This document shows positions 6,297 through 15,034 of a stretch of 64,000 bases of DNA, in pieces. Numbering within the stretch: position 1 is the first letter of the stretch; every line of letters begins with the position of its first letter. Where the stretch lies: the NCBI GenBank assembly GCA_016181305.1, contig JACOZN010000010.1:1-64000 (forward strand), in the 5' to 3' direction. Source of the stretch: Candidatus Woesearchaeota archaeon (GTDB taxonomy: Archaea > Nanobdellota > Nanobdellia > Woesearchaeales > GW2011-AR4). The position numbers were made by a program, and so were the translations under genes. Under the pieces are notes generated by a model. It was not told the origin of the DNA and did no database searches. It saw only the letters and a list, made by a program, of their open reading frames with translations.

Positions 6297-9200
6297 ATGG
6301 AAAGCAAAGAAGATGAAGAGATAACTATAGATGCTAAGAAATCAAAGATTTCTGGCACTAAGCAAATCGGAGATTTGCGAGGTGATCAAAAATCTAAGAT
6401 TTTTGACATCTCCGAAAATTCTGATGAAGAATTTTCGATAGATTTCAGCAAAGTAAAGAGTTTCTTCAAAAGCAAAGGGGAAAAAAAGCCGGATGAGTCT
6501 TCAAAAGAGGGCAAAAAAGATGATGAAGAGATAACTATAGACTTCGGCAGGGTGAAGAACTTCTTCAAAAGCGAAAAAACAGAAGATGCCCATGCTCCGG
6601 CAAAGGAAAAAGATGATGACGAGCTGTCATTTGACTTTGGCAAAATAAAGAAATTTTTCAAATCTGAAGAAAAAGAGGCTGCAGGCGGCGATGACATACA
6701 GGTGAATTGGGGCAAGGTTGCAGATTTCTTCAAAAAATACGGCGTTATATTCATAGCGCTTATCCCGATAATCCTTTCAGTCTATATCAGGATGCAGGCG
6801 GGCTTGCTGCCAATGACAGACAGGTGGGCTGCAGACAGCGTGGTAAACTCCATAAGAGCGCAGATAAGGGCCTCGATTGACCAGCAGTACCCGAATCTGC
6901 CTGACTCAAACAAAAATGCGCTTGTTGACACAGAGCTTCAAAGGGCGATAAGCCAGAACAGCCAGCAGATTGAGCAGCGCATCAGGGAGACCTCAGCTTA
7001 CTTCAAGTCATTTTTTCAGGACGAGAACAACAGAAACTACATGCCGGATATCGACCCGTATTACTGGTTCAGGTACGCAAAAAATATCATTGAGCACGGA
7101 CATCCGGGCGACATACTGAAGGACAACAGGCCGTTTGACACCAGACAGTACGCCCCAAACGGGAGGTTTGTCTTCCCTGACATGTTCCACCCTTATTTCC
7201 TGGCTTATTCCTACAAGGCGCTGCATTTGCTTGTGCCGGACCTGACGCTTATGCGCTCGCTGTTTTACTACCCGATTTTTATCTCAGCATTATGCGTGCT
7301 GCTCGTATTCCTGATCACAAGAAAAATTGCAGGCAACATGGGGGGGCTTTTTGCAGGCGTCATGATGGCAGTCAATTCAGCTTTTCTCGGCAGGACTCTG
7401 TTCGGGCATGCCGACAGCGACGCATGGGTTGTATTTTTCCCTCTTTTGGTGACATGGCTGTTCATCGAGGCGATTGACGGCAAAAAAATAAGAGGGATTG
7501 CGCTTGCAGGATTTTTTACAGGCATGTTTACCTCGACGTGGAGCGGGTGGTGGTATGTTTTTGACTTCCTGATTGCCACTGCTGCAGCCGTTTTGGCCTA
7601 TCTGGCATTGGCTGATTTTTTTGCAGCCAAAAGCATAAAGCCTGCTTTATCCAACCCGGCCATAAGGCGAATGGCGCTTGCAGGAATAGTTTACTTCATT
7701 TCAACTGCCGCATTTGTAACTTTGTTTTCAGGATGGCATACATTCAGCAGCAGCTTTGCAGGCCCCTTCAGCTTTACCTCAATCAAGGCGCCTGTGATTT
7801 CACCGACTGCATTCTGGCCGAATGTGCTGACAACCGTTGCAGAGCTGAACGAAGGCTCGATAAACAACATAATAAACTCCATGGGGGGCATTTTCCTGTT
7901 TTTCATAAGCCTTCTGGGGCTTGTGCTTTCAATATCAAGAAGCGAGGGGATAAAAAAATCTGACTTTGTGTACTTTATCGGAGCTGCCGTTTTCTACGGG
8001 ATTTTATTTATCAGCTTCGGCAGCAGCCCTCCGATATACCAGTCGTTGAAGATATACACGCTGCTGGCATGGATAATGCTGCCTGTTTTAGCCAGAATAG
8101 CGATTTCAATTTACAAAAAAGACTCTTCCTATGATTTCCAGCTTCCCATACTATTGTCGCTTTGGATTGTGTCTACTATGTTCGCAAGCATCAAGGGCGT
8201 AAGGTTTACGCTGCTTTTGGCCCCTGCATTCAGTGTTGCTTTGGGCGTTGCCATCGGAAAAAGCTATACACACCTGTCCAGATGGCTGACAAAGGAATTC
8301 AAAATCCATAAAATAATAAGCAGCGGAATGCTGATTGCGGTGTTGCTGCTGGTTTTTGCCAACCCCATAAAAGGGGCAGTTGCAGCTGCAGGCTCTGACA
8401 TACCGATAGTCAATGACGCATGGTACAATGCATTGAGCACCATAAAGAACAACTCAGGCGAAGATGCCATAATCACGTCGTGGTGGGACTTCGGGCACCA
8501 CTTCAAGGCGCTTACAGGGAGAAGGGTTACTTTTGACGGCACTACCCAGACTGCCACTGCGGCGCATTGGGTTGGCAAGCTGCTGATGGTAAGCGATGAA
8601 AGAGAGGCTATTGGCATTCTGAGGATGCTCGACTGCGGAAGCGACAATGCATTCAACAAGCTGTTTGAAATCACCAATGACTCCCACAAGGTGCTTAAGA
8701 TACTAAACAAGGTTATACTTTTGGACAGGAATCAGGCACAGAAAGAGCTGAAAGCTCTCAAGCTGGATTCAAAGGATATTGAAAAGATACTTTCATTCAC
8801 GCATTGCAGCGAGCCAGAGGCGTACTTTATTGCATCCAACGACATGATAGGCAAAAGCGGGGTATGGGGGCATTTCGGCAGCTGGAACTTTGAAAGGGCT
8901 GACATCTGGCAGAATGCGAGAAAAATGCCGCAGGAGGAGGCTGTCAGCTATATGATTAGGAAGTTCAATCACACAAAAGAGAGGGCAGAGAATATTTATT
9001 TTGAAGTCCAGTCTATAGAAAGCGACAACGAGGCAAATGCATGGATTGCGCCATGGCCCAGCTATGCAGGATTAACCGACTGTGTAAGGAATGACAAAAG
9101 CACCAAAATGTATGTGTGCGGCAACGGGCTGCAGGTGAACTTAAGCAACTATGATGTTTTCGGAATCGGGCAGCAGGGAATTGTAAGGCCGAAGACGGCG

Positions 9201-9569
9201 GCGTTCACGTCAAAAGACGGGCTTTTCAGGAAAGAGTTTGAAGGCGCAACGCTTGACTTTGGAATAACCTTAGTGCCGAAAAGCGAGAATGAGATTACAG
9301 GCATCCTGTCAATGAAGGAACTGGTCGGCGGCATGTTCACGAGAATGTTTTACATGAAAGGGCACGGGCTTAAATATTTCAAAGTGATTGACCATCAGCT
9401 TGTATTTCCCGGCTCCCAGCTTGAAACAGATATTTATGTGTATAAAGTAGACTGGGAAGGCGGAAATGCCACAATAGTGCAGGATTACGCCGATACCTTA
9501 GAGAAGATCAGCAAAGAAGAGAGCAGCGAAGCCACAGAGCCAATAAACAGCGCTGCAGGCAATTCTTAA
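6297..9569 (+). CDS. aglB: Oligosaccharyltransferase AglB (STT3 family)
   Basis: 'DIDPYYW', 'GHADSD', 'TVAEL', 'WWDFGH' (WWDYG variant), 'DGTTQ' and 'DMIGK' motifs. Many TM helices. Acidic repetitive N-terminal extension. Confidence 0.95.
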   Translation: MESKEDEEITIDAKKSKISGTKQIGDLRGDQKSKIFDISENSDEEFSIDFSKVKSFFKSKGEKKPDESSKEGKKDDEEITIDFGRVKNFFKSEKTEDAHAPAKEKDDDELSFDFGKIKKFFKSEEKEAAGGDDIQVNWGKVADFFKKYGVIFIALIPIILSVYIRMQAGLLPMTDRWAADSVVNSIRAQIRASIDQQYPNLPDSNKNALVDTELQRAISQNSQQIEQRIRETSAYFKSFFQDENNRNYMPDIDPYYWFRYAKNIIEHGHPGDILKDNRPFDTRQYAPNGRFVFPDMFHPYFLAYSYKALHLLVPDLTLMRSLFYYPIFISALCVLLVFLITRKIAGNMGGLFAGVMMAVNSAFLGRTLFGHADSDAWVVFFPLLVTWLFIEAIDGKKIRGIALAGFFTGMFTSTWSGWWYVFDFLIATAAAVLAYLALADFFAAKSIKPALSNPAIRRMALAGIVYFISTAAFVTLFSGWHTFSSSFAGPFSFTSIKAPVISPTAFWPNVLTTVAELNEGSINNIINSMGGIFLFFISLLGLVLSISRSEGIKKSDFVYFIGAAVFYGILFISFGSSPPIYQSLKIYTLLAWIMLPVLARIAISIYKKDSSYDFQLPILLSLWIVSTMFASIKGVRFTLLLAPAFSVALGVAIGKSYTHLSRWLTKEFKIHKIISSGMLIAVLLLVFANPIKGAVAAAGSDIPIVNDAWYNALSTIKNNSGEDAIITSWWDFGHHFKALTGRRVTFDGTTQTATAAHWVGKLLMVSDEREAIGILRMLDCGSDNAFNKLFEITNDSHKVLKILNKVILLDRNQAQKELKALKLDSKDIEKILSFTHCSEPEAYFIASNDMIGKSGVWGHFGSWNFERADIWQNARKMPQEEAVSYMIRKFNHTKERAENIYFEVQSIESDNEANAWIAPWPSYAGLTDCVRNDKSTKMYVCGNGLQVNLSNYDVFGIGQQGIVRPKTAAFTSKDGLFRKEFEGATLDFGITLVPKSENEITGILSMKELVGGMFTRMFYMKGHGLKYFKVIDHQLVFPGSQLETDIYVYKVDWEGGNATIVQDYADTLEKISKEESSEATEPINSAAGNS
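6333..6443. mobile_element. 111-bp four-hairpin element inserted in frame in aglB with ATAGAT direct repeat
   Basis: Hairpins at 6337-6353, 6362-6378, 6386-6406 and 6413-6437. ATAGAT at 6327-6332 and 6438-6443. Excision restores EDEEITIDFSKVKSFFK, which matches the next native repeat DDEEITIDFGRVKNFFK. Confidence 0.8.
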
Positions 9570-10241
9570 ATGGAAAAAGGCAATATCTGGGCTGTGATTC
9601 CAGCCTATAACGAGGAAAAGAGCATTGCCGGCATAATCAGGAAGACAAGGCAGTATGCAGGCACAGTTGTAGTTGTCAACGACGGCAGCAAAGACAAGAC
9701 AAAAGATGCCGCTGAAAATGCAGGTGCAGTAGTGCTTACACATGTGATAAACTTAGGCAAAGGAGCTGCGCTGAAAACAGGCTGCGACTATGCTGTCAGG
9801 AAAGGCGCCAGGCGCATTGTCGCGCTTGATGCAGACGCGCAGCACAACCCTGAAGACATTCCGAGGTTTGCGGACAAATTAAAAAAATATGACATTGTAT
9901 TCAGCTACAGGAAGGCAAGCAGGAAAATGCCTTTTGTGCTGCGCTTCGGAAACTGGTTCATATCGAATGTTGTGAAGGCATTGTACGGCATAAGCCTCAA
10001 TGACACGCAATGCGGATTCAGGGCTTTTTCAGGAGAGGCTTACAAAAAAATAAGGTGGAACGCACCTGACTACTCGATGGAATCCGAGATGATAACAAGG
10101 GCGGGAAAGCAAAGGTTAAAATATGTGCAAATACCCATCGAGACAATATACTCTGACAAGTACAAAGGCACCACTGTCATAGACGGCATGAAAATTGTGC
10201 TGAACATGTTTTGGTGGAAACTTTTCAAAAACGGGAAATAG
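9570..10241 (+). CDS. GT2 glycosyltransferase, polyprenol-phosphate sugar synthase-like
   Basis: 'VIPAYNEE', 'VNDGSKD', 'LGKGAAL', 'DADAQH', 'DTQCGFRAF'. Confidence 0.9.
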   Translation: MEKGNIWAVIPAYNEEKSIAGIIRKTRQYAGTVVVVNDGSKDKTKDAAENAGAVVLTHVINLGKGAALKTGCDYAVRKGARRIVALDADAQHNPEDIPRFADKLKKYDIVFSYRKASRKMPFVLRFGNWFISNVVKALYGISLNDTQCGFRAFSGEAYKKIRWNAPDYSMESEMITRAGKQRLKYVQIPIETIYSDKYKGTTVIDGMKIVLNMFWWKLFKNGK

Positions 10242-10247
10242 CGCAAA

Positions 10248-10586
10248 ATGGCGAAAATACTCGGAATCCAGATAGCAGGGATATTGTTTGGGCTGTTCAT
10301 GCTGTATTACTCTTTTCTGAATTACAAAAGAAAAGAGTTTAATGCAAAGGAGTTTGTGTTTTGGATTTTTTTATGGGCTGCGCTTGTTGTTATTGCGCTA
10401 TTCCCTTCTGTACTGGACCCTGTAATAAAGCCATTGGGCTTCTTCAGGGCGCTTGACTTCCTTGTGATGACCGGGTTCCTGTTTCTGACTCTGGCAATTT
10501 TCTATACATACACTGTTGCGAAGAAGAATAGCAAGCAGCTTGAGTCCATCGTAAGGGAGATTGCGATTAAGGGCAGGAAGAAATAA
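10248..10586 (+). CDS. DUF2304-like small membrane protein (usual partner of GT2)
   Basis: Three TM helices, 'GFFRALDFL', C-terminal 'LESIVREIAI'. Directly follows a GT2. Confidence 0.75.
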   Translation: MAKILGIQIAGILFGLFMLYYSFLNYKRKEFNAKEFVFWIFLWAALVVIALFPSVLDPVIKPLGFFRALDFLVMTGFLFLTLAIFYTYTVAKKNSKQLESIVREIAIKGRKK

Positions 10587-10637
10587 AAAGATTTTTTTGG
10601 TGTATAAGTTTAAATAGCCTCTTATCCTACCAATATT

Positions 10638-11777
10638 ATGGTATTTTTAATCAAATTCATTGACAGGCATGCAGGCAATTTGCTGTGCAGCTTTCTGGCA
10701 CTGTTTAATAAAAAGAAGTTAATTGAAAGTTCAAAGATAAATAAAATCTTAGTTGTCCAGCTTTGGGGAATTGGCGAGACAGTTCTGGTGCTGCCTGCGC
10801 TTGAAGCCCTGCGAAAGAATTTTCCAAATGCCGAGATTACCATTCTGGCAACCGCAAGAAACAAGGACGTTTTTTTTGGCAACAAAAGCATTGACAGAGT
10901 CTGCCTGATAAATCCAAATCCGTTTTCAGTTCTTAACTTTATTTTCAAAAATATAAAAAAGTACGACTTGGCTGTGGACATGGAGGAATACCTCAATATA
11001 TCGGCAATTATCTCTTTTTTTGCGGCAGAAAGGGTTGTAGGGTATTCCCACGGCTCAAGGGCAAATCTGTACACTGACAAAGTCAGGTACAACGACAAGC
11101 AGCATGCTGTGCAGACGTTTTTGGACTTGGCGAGAACTCTTAATATTGTTTATGACACAAGCAAACTGCACAAGCTAAATTTTTCTAAAAATGACAAAAC
11201 TTTCATTGATAAATTTTTAAAAAACAATAAAATTCAAAGCAATGACTTTGTTGTATGTGTTGCCCCGGGGGCTGCCGAGTCGGCAAAAGCAAGAATGTGG
11301 CCGTATGAAAGGTATGCAGAGCTTTGCGACGAGATAATAAGCAGGCACAGGGCGAAGGTAATTTTTATAGGGAATGCCGGCGAAATTAGTCTGGTGGGCA
11401 GCATACAGCAAAACATGGAGAACAAGGAAAAAACTATCAATGCCGCCGGAAAGGTTACATTAAACCAGTTATTCTGCCTCATAAGCAGGTGCAGCCTTTT
11501 CATAGGCAATGACGCCGGGCCAATGCATATTGCAGCAGCGCAAGGCGTGAAAACTATCGGGCTGTTCGGGCCAAATTTGCCTGTGAGGTTCGGGCCTTAC
11601 GGGAAGGGAAACATCGGGCTGTACAAGGGCTACAACTGCGAGTTCAGCCCGTGCATTAACGTGCACAAAGGGGAAGTGCCAGACTGCCTGTATCCCAGGA
11701 ATTCCAACGACTACCAGAAGTGCATGAAGAACATCAGCGTTGATGATGTGCTGAAGGAAGTGGAGAAAGTGATTTAA
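10638..11777 (+). CDS. GT9 family (heptosyltransferase-like) glycosyltransferase
   Basis: 'LVVQLWGIGETVL', 'KARMWPYERY', 'LFIGNDAGPMHIAAAQGVKTIGLFGP'. Confidence 0.9.
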   Translation: MVFLIKFIDRHAGNLLCSFLALFNKKKLIESSKINKILVVQLWGIGETVLVLPALEALRKNFPNAEITILATARNKDVFFGNKSIDRVCLINPNPFSVLNFIFKNIKKYDLAVDMEEYLNISAIISFFAAERVVGYSHGSRANLYTDKVRYNDKQHAVQTFLDLARTLNIVYDTSKLHKLNFSKNDKTFIDKFLKNNKIQSNDFVVCVAPGAAESAKARMWPYERYAELCDEIISRHRAKVIFIGNAGEISLVGSIQQNMENKEKTINAAGKVTLNQLFCLISRCSLFIGNDAGPMHIAAAQGVKTIGLFGPNLPVRFGPYGKGNIGLYKGYNCEFSPCINVHKGEVPDCLYPRNSNDYQKCMKNISVDDVLKEVEKVI

Positions 11778-11877
11778 AATATATATAAAATACCATTAAT
11801 AAGTAGTTACAGAACGATAGATTTATAAATTCTAGTTTCTTTCATATTTTAAATGTGTGGGGTTTTTAGAAAGTAAA

Positions 11878-12519
11878 ATGGAAGTTCAACCAACCAGCAA
11901 GTACGCACTAAAAGCTAAACAATCGGCTGAAAGATTGGGATTGGGTTTTAGAGTATATTCTTATTCTAAAATACTGGAGGCGGTTGCTCCAGAAACAGAC
12001 CCTATCAGAAAGTGCTCTGAAGTAACAGGTACAGAGTTTGGGGAACAACTTAAGTTTGCCCTTGCATCTGATATAAAACTTGACGGAATAGAATATGGGC
12101 ATCCGGCAATTGGAGTTGTAAGCTATAATGACAGAATTGATTTCAGGAAGATGGCTGAAGCGCTGATTAAGAGAGGCATACACCCAAAACTTAAGACAAA
12201 TCAATTTTCCACTCGAAAAGCAGACCCAGCAAAACTGGGAATAGAACCAGGCTATATTGGAATTAATCAAAATGCAGAATATCCTGGAGTTAGTTTTGAC
12301 TTATCTGAGCGACCATATCGAGCGTATGCGCCAGTTCCATACATATTCGATCTTTCAATACAAAACCTGCCTAGAATATGTTTTCCAACAGGAAAGGGCA
12401 AAGCTGATGAATTAGTAGTTGTTTCTTCTAATGCTCCTTTAGAAGACAGATTAAGACTTTTTTTAGCTGGATTTATTGGGGAAGAAAAGTTTATTCTTGA
12501 TGAAATAAGGCAGAGATAG
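11878..12519 (+). CDS. Hypothetical protein, possibly a degenerate YbaK/aminoacyl-tRNA deacylase fold; AT-rich relative to neighbours
   Basis: Long ORF (track start 11857, ATG at 11878). 'VVSYNDRIDFRKMA', 'LGIEPGYI', 'YIFDLSI' and 'FPTG' loosely follow the YbaK pattern. Confidence 0.5.
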   Translation: MEVQPTSKYALKAKQSAERLGLGFRVYSYSKILEAVAPETDPIRKCSEVTGTEFGEQLKFALASDIKLDGIEYGHPAIGVVSYNDRIDFRKMAEALIKRGIHPKLKTNQFSTRKADPAKLGIEPGYIGINQNAEYPGVSFDLSERPYRAYAPVPYIFDLSIQNLPRICFPTGKGKADELVVVSSNAPLEDRLRLFLAGFIGEEKFILDEIRQR

Positions 12520-12550
12520 CTATACACATTGTTTAATTATTAAATCAGAA

Positions 12551-13303
12551 TTAACCACCGAAATGCATATATTCCCCATATGTAAAAAATCCAACCAACT
12601 GCTTCATTCTCGCCAATTTGGGAAACAGGTCTTTTTCGAGGCTGCTTACGCTCTCAAACAATTCAAATATTTCGGGCTTGAATATATAGATTCCGGCATT
12701 GACGATATTGGTTGAGTAATGCCTTGGCTTCTCCTCAAAATCAACAATCAGGTCCCCGTCAAGTATTGCTGTGCCGTAGCTGCTTGGCTTTTCCCTTGTC
12801 ATCAGGCCCATTGCTGCAAGCTTTTCCGAATCAGAGTGCTTTTTAATCATCTTGAGCATATCAAAATCGTTGTAAGTGTCGCCCGACATGACAACAAAGC
12901 TGCCGCTTATCTTTTCCTTTATGGACTTCAATGCATCCGCATTTCCTCTAGCCTGCCTTTCTATGATTTCTGCATTTATTTTTGCGTCTGAGATTTCGCC
13001 CAAAAGCAGGTTTGTATTTTTGGTGTGCTGCGTGATTATGTACAGGTTTTTTATGCCGTGCCTGTGAAAAAAATCAATCTGCTGCCTTATCAAAGACTTG
13101 CCTTTTACCACCTTTAGTGCAACTGGCTGATGCTCGCCCTTGAGCAGAAGGACTGCTACGCTTACAGACTGCTCCTGAAGCCCTTTTTTGAGGAAGTACT
13201 CAATTGCCTGGCTCCTGCTCCTTATCACAGAGCCATCCACCTTTGAGTCAACGAGCCTGAGCAGTGAGCTGTCAAGCGATATTGCTATTTTTGGCTTTGC
13301 CAT
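12551..13303 (-). CDS. Ribbon-helix-helix (CopG-like) domain fused to a degenerate sugar-phosphate nucleotidyltransferase domain
   Basis: N-terminus 'KIAISLDSSLLRLVD...SRSQAIEYFL' is RHH-like. C-terminus has 'SGDTYNDFD', 'DFEEKP', 'VNAGIYIF' and 'SLEKDLFP', but lacks the LAGGxGTR motif. Confidence 0.8.
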   Translation of the reverse strand: MAKPKIAISLDSSLLRLVDSKVDGSVIRSRSQAIEYFLKKGLQEQSVSVAVLLLKGEHQPVALKVVKGKSLIRQQIDFFHRHGIKNLYIITQHTKNTNLLLGEISDAKINAEIIERQARGNADALKSIKEKISGSFVVMSGDTYNDFDMLKMIKKHSDSEKLAAMGLMTREKPSSYGTAILDGDLIVDFEEKPRHYSTNIVNAGIYIFKPEIFELFESVSSLEKDLFPKLARMKQLVGFFTYGEYMHFGG

Positions 13304-13411
13304 GGTATTAGGTATGAAAAAGTAGTAGAAAGTATGACTATTTAAACTTTTGTATTTTATTGACTAAAAATGCCTAAAAAATCGAAAGGTTTAAATATAA
13401 GTTTTAATTAA

Positions 13412-13430
13412 AGTATGAAATATTCATACT
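13412..13430. promoter_or_regulatory. Perfect palindrome (candidate operator) between TATA box and start of gmhA
   Basis: AGTATGAA-ATA-TTCATACT downstream of TTTAAATA (13390-13397). GTATGA half-sites also at 13312-13317 and 13332-13337, inside the divergent regulator promoter. Confidence 0.6.
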
Positions 13431-13442
13431 AAGGTGTTGCTG

Positions 13443-14012
13443 ATGCAGAATAAAATAAAAGCAATGATTGAGGAAAGCGCTGAAACAAAAAAAATGTGCG
13501 CAGAATTGGCGCCGCAAATAGAGAGGGCTGCAAAAATAGTGGTTAAAACATTAAAAAATAAAAAAAAAATCCTTTTGGCAGGCAACGGCGGCTCTGCAAC
13601 ACAAGCTAGTCACATAGCCGCAGAGTTTGTCGGGAGGTACAAGCTTGAAAGAAAAGGTTTGCCTGCAATTGCCTTCACAGCTGACTTGGCAGCGATAACT
13701 TCAATAGGCAATGACTATGGATTTAATGCCGTGTTTGAAAGGCAAATTGAAGCCTTGGGTAACAAGGGGGATGTGTTTATAGCTTTGTCCACGAGCGGAA
13801 ATTCTCAAAACATAATCAATGCTGTCGAGAAGGCAAAAAAAATTGGCATTAAAGTCATCGGGCTTCTTGGAAAGAATGGCGGAAAAATGAAAAATAAATC
13901 TGATGTTGAAATGATAGTTCCATCTGAAAACACTCCCAGAATTCAGGAAGCTCATCTCATGATTTTGCATATTATATGCGAATTGGCTGAAAAGGAGTTG
14001 TTTGGGAAATAA
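13443..14012 (+). CDS. gmhA: D-sedoheptulose-7-phosphate isomerase
   Basis: 'GNGGSATQASHIAAEFVGRY', 'TSIGNDYGF', 'STSGNS', 'PRIQEAH'. AGGTG RBS favours ATG 13443 over the track start 13434. Confidence 0.95.
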   Translation: MQNKIKAMIEESAETKKMCAELAPQIERAAKIVVKTLKNKKKILLAGNGGSATQASHIAAEFVGRYKLERKGLPAIAFTADLAAITSIGNDYGFNAVFERQIEALGNKGDVFIALSTSGNSQNIINAVEKAKKIGIKVIGLLGKNGGKMKNKSDVEMIVPSENTPRIQEAHLMILHIICELAEKELFGK

Positions 14013-14910
14013 AATGCTGGACTTCACAAAAATAAAGACAATCTCTATAAACCAGAGAAAGAATAAGGTTAAGCTAAGTGATTTAGTTAAGCCTGCAAAT
14101 TCCAAGATATTGATTGAGTCAAAAGAATTTGATGATTTGGTAAAAAAAATGATTTCTGCTTACAGGAACAAAAAGCAGATAATTCTGATGATGGGCGCAC
14201 ATGTCGTAAAAGTCGGCATGAGCCTTTTGATAATTGATTTGATGAAAAAAGGGATTATAAAGCATATTGCAATGAACGGCGCAGTCCCGATTCATGACTT
14301 TGAGCTTGCGCTCATAGGAGAAACATCGGAGTATGTTGAAAAGACAATCGAGGACGGCACATTCGGAATGACAGAGGAAACAGGAAGGACATTGAATGAA
14401 GCAATAAAAGAAGGCGCAAAAAACAGCTATGGCATGGGCTATGCAATCGGAAAGAAAATAAACGACTTGAACCTGCCAAATAAGGAGTACAGCATCCTGT
14501 ACAATGCCTACAAGCTTGGAGTTCCGGCAACCGTGCATGTTGCAATCGGCACAGACATAATACACCAGCACCCGAACTGCGACGGCGCTGCCATCGGAAA
14601 GACAAGCTACCACGACTTTAAGGTTTTTGCTGAAAGTGTGAGCAGGCTCGAAGGCGGTGTTATCATTAATGCAGGCTCGGCAGTCGTGCTGCCTGAGGTT
14701 TTTTTAAAGGCTCTTACAATCGCAAGAAACCTTGGATTTAAAGTCGAGAAAATTACGGCTGCAAATTTTGACATGATAAACCATTACCGCCCGAGGGAAA
14801 ATGTCGTCCAGAGGCCGACTTCGCTTGGAGGGGAAGGATTTGTAATAATTGAGAGGCATGAAAAAACCATTCCTACACTGCACAGGAAAATTGTTGAAAA
14901 TATCCGATAA
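14002..14910 (+). CDS. Conserved hypothetical protein with deoxyhypusine-synthase-like fold
   Basis: 'ILMMGAHVVKVG', 'AMNGAVPIHDFELA', 'GTFGMTEETG', 'GVPATVHVAIGTDIIH', 'GSAVVLPEVFLKAL'. Confidence 0.65.
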   Translation: MGNKMLDFTKIKTISINQRKNKVKLSDLVKPANSKILIESKEFDDLVKKMISAYRNKKQIILMMGAHVVKVGMSLLIIDLMKKGIIKHIAMNGAVPIHDFELALIGETSEYVEKTIEDGTFGMTEETGRTLNEAIKEGAKNSYGMGYAIGKKINDLNLPNKEYSILYNAYKLGVPATVHVAIGTDIIHQHPNCDGAAIGKTSYHDFKVFAESVSRLEGGVIINAGSAVVLPEVFLKALTIARNLGFKVEKITAANFDMINHYRPRENVVQRPTSLGGEGFVIIERHEKTIPTLHRKIVENIR

Positions 14911-14961
14911 AATCGTAATAAACAAAGCTGATAAAAATAATTTGCTGACGAAATAAAAAAA

Positions 14962-15030
14962 TAAAAATCACGAGAGCGACCTTTAGATGCTTAGGAGAAG
15001 AAGGTAACCCGCTTGTGATTCCATTACAAA
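14962..15030. repeat. 69-bp dispersed intergenic repeat, copy B
   Basis: TAAAAATCACGAGAGCGAC-N23-GTAACCCGCTTGTGATTCCATTACAAA; same length as copy A at 1112-1180. Confidence 0.75.
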
Positions 15031-15034
15031 CAAA

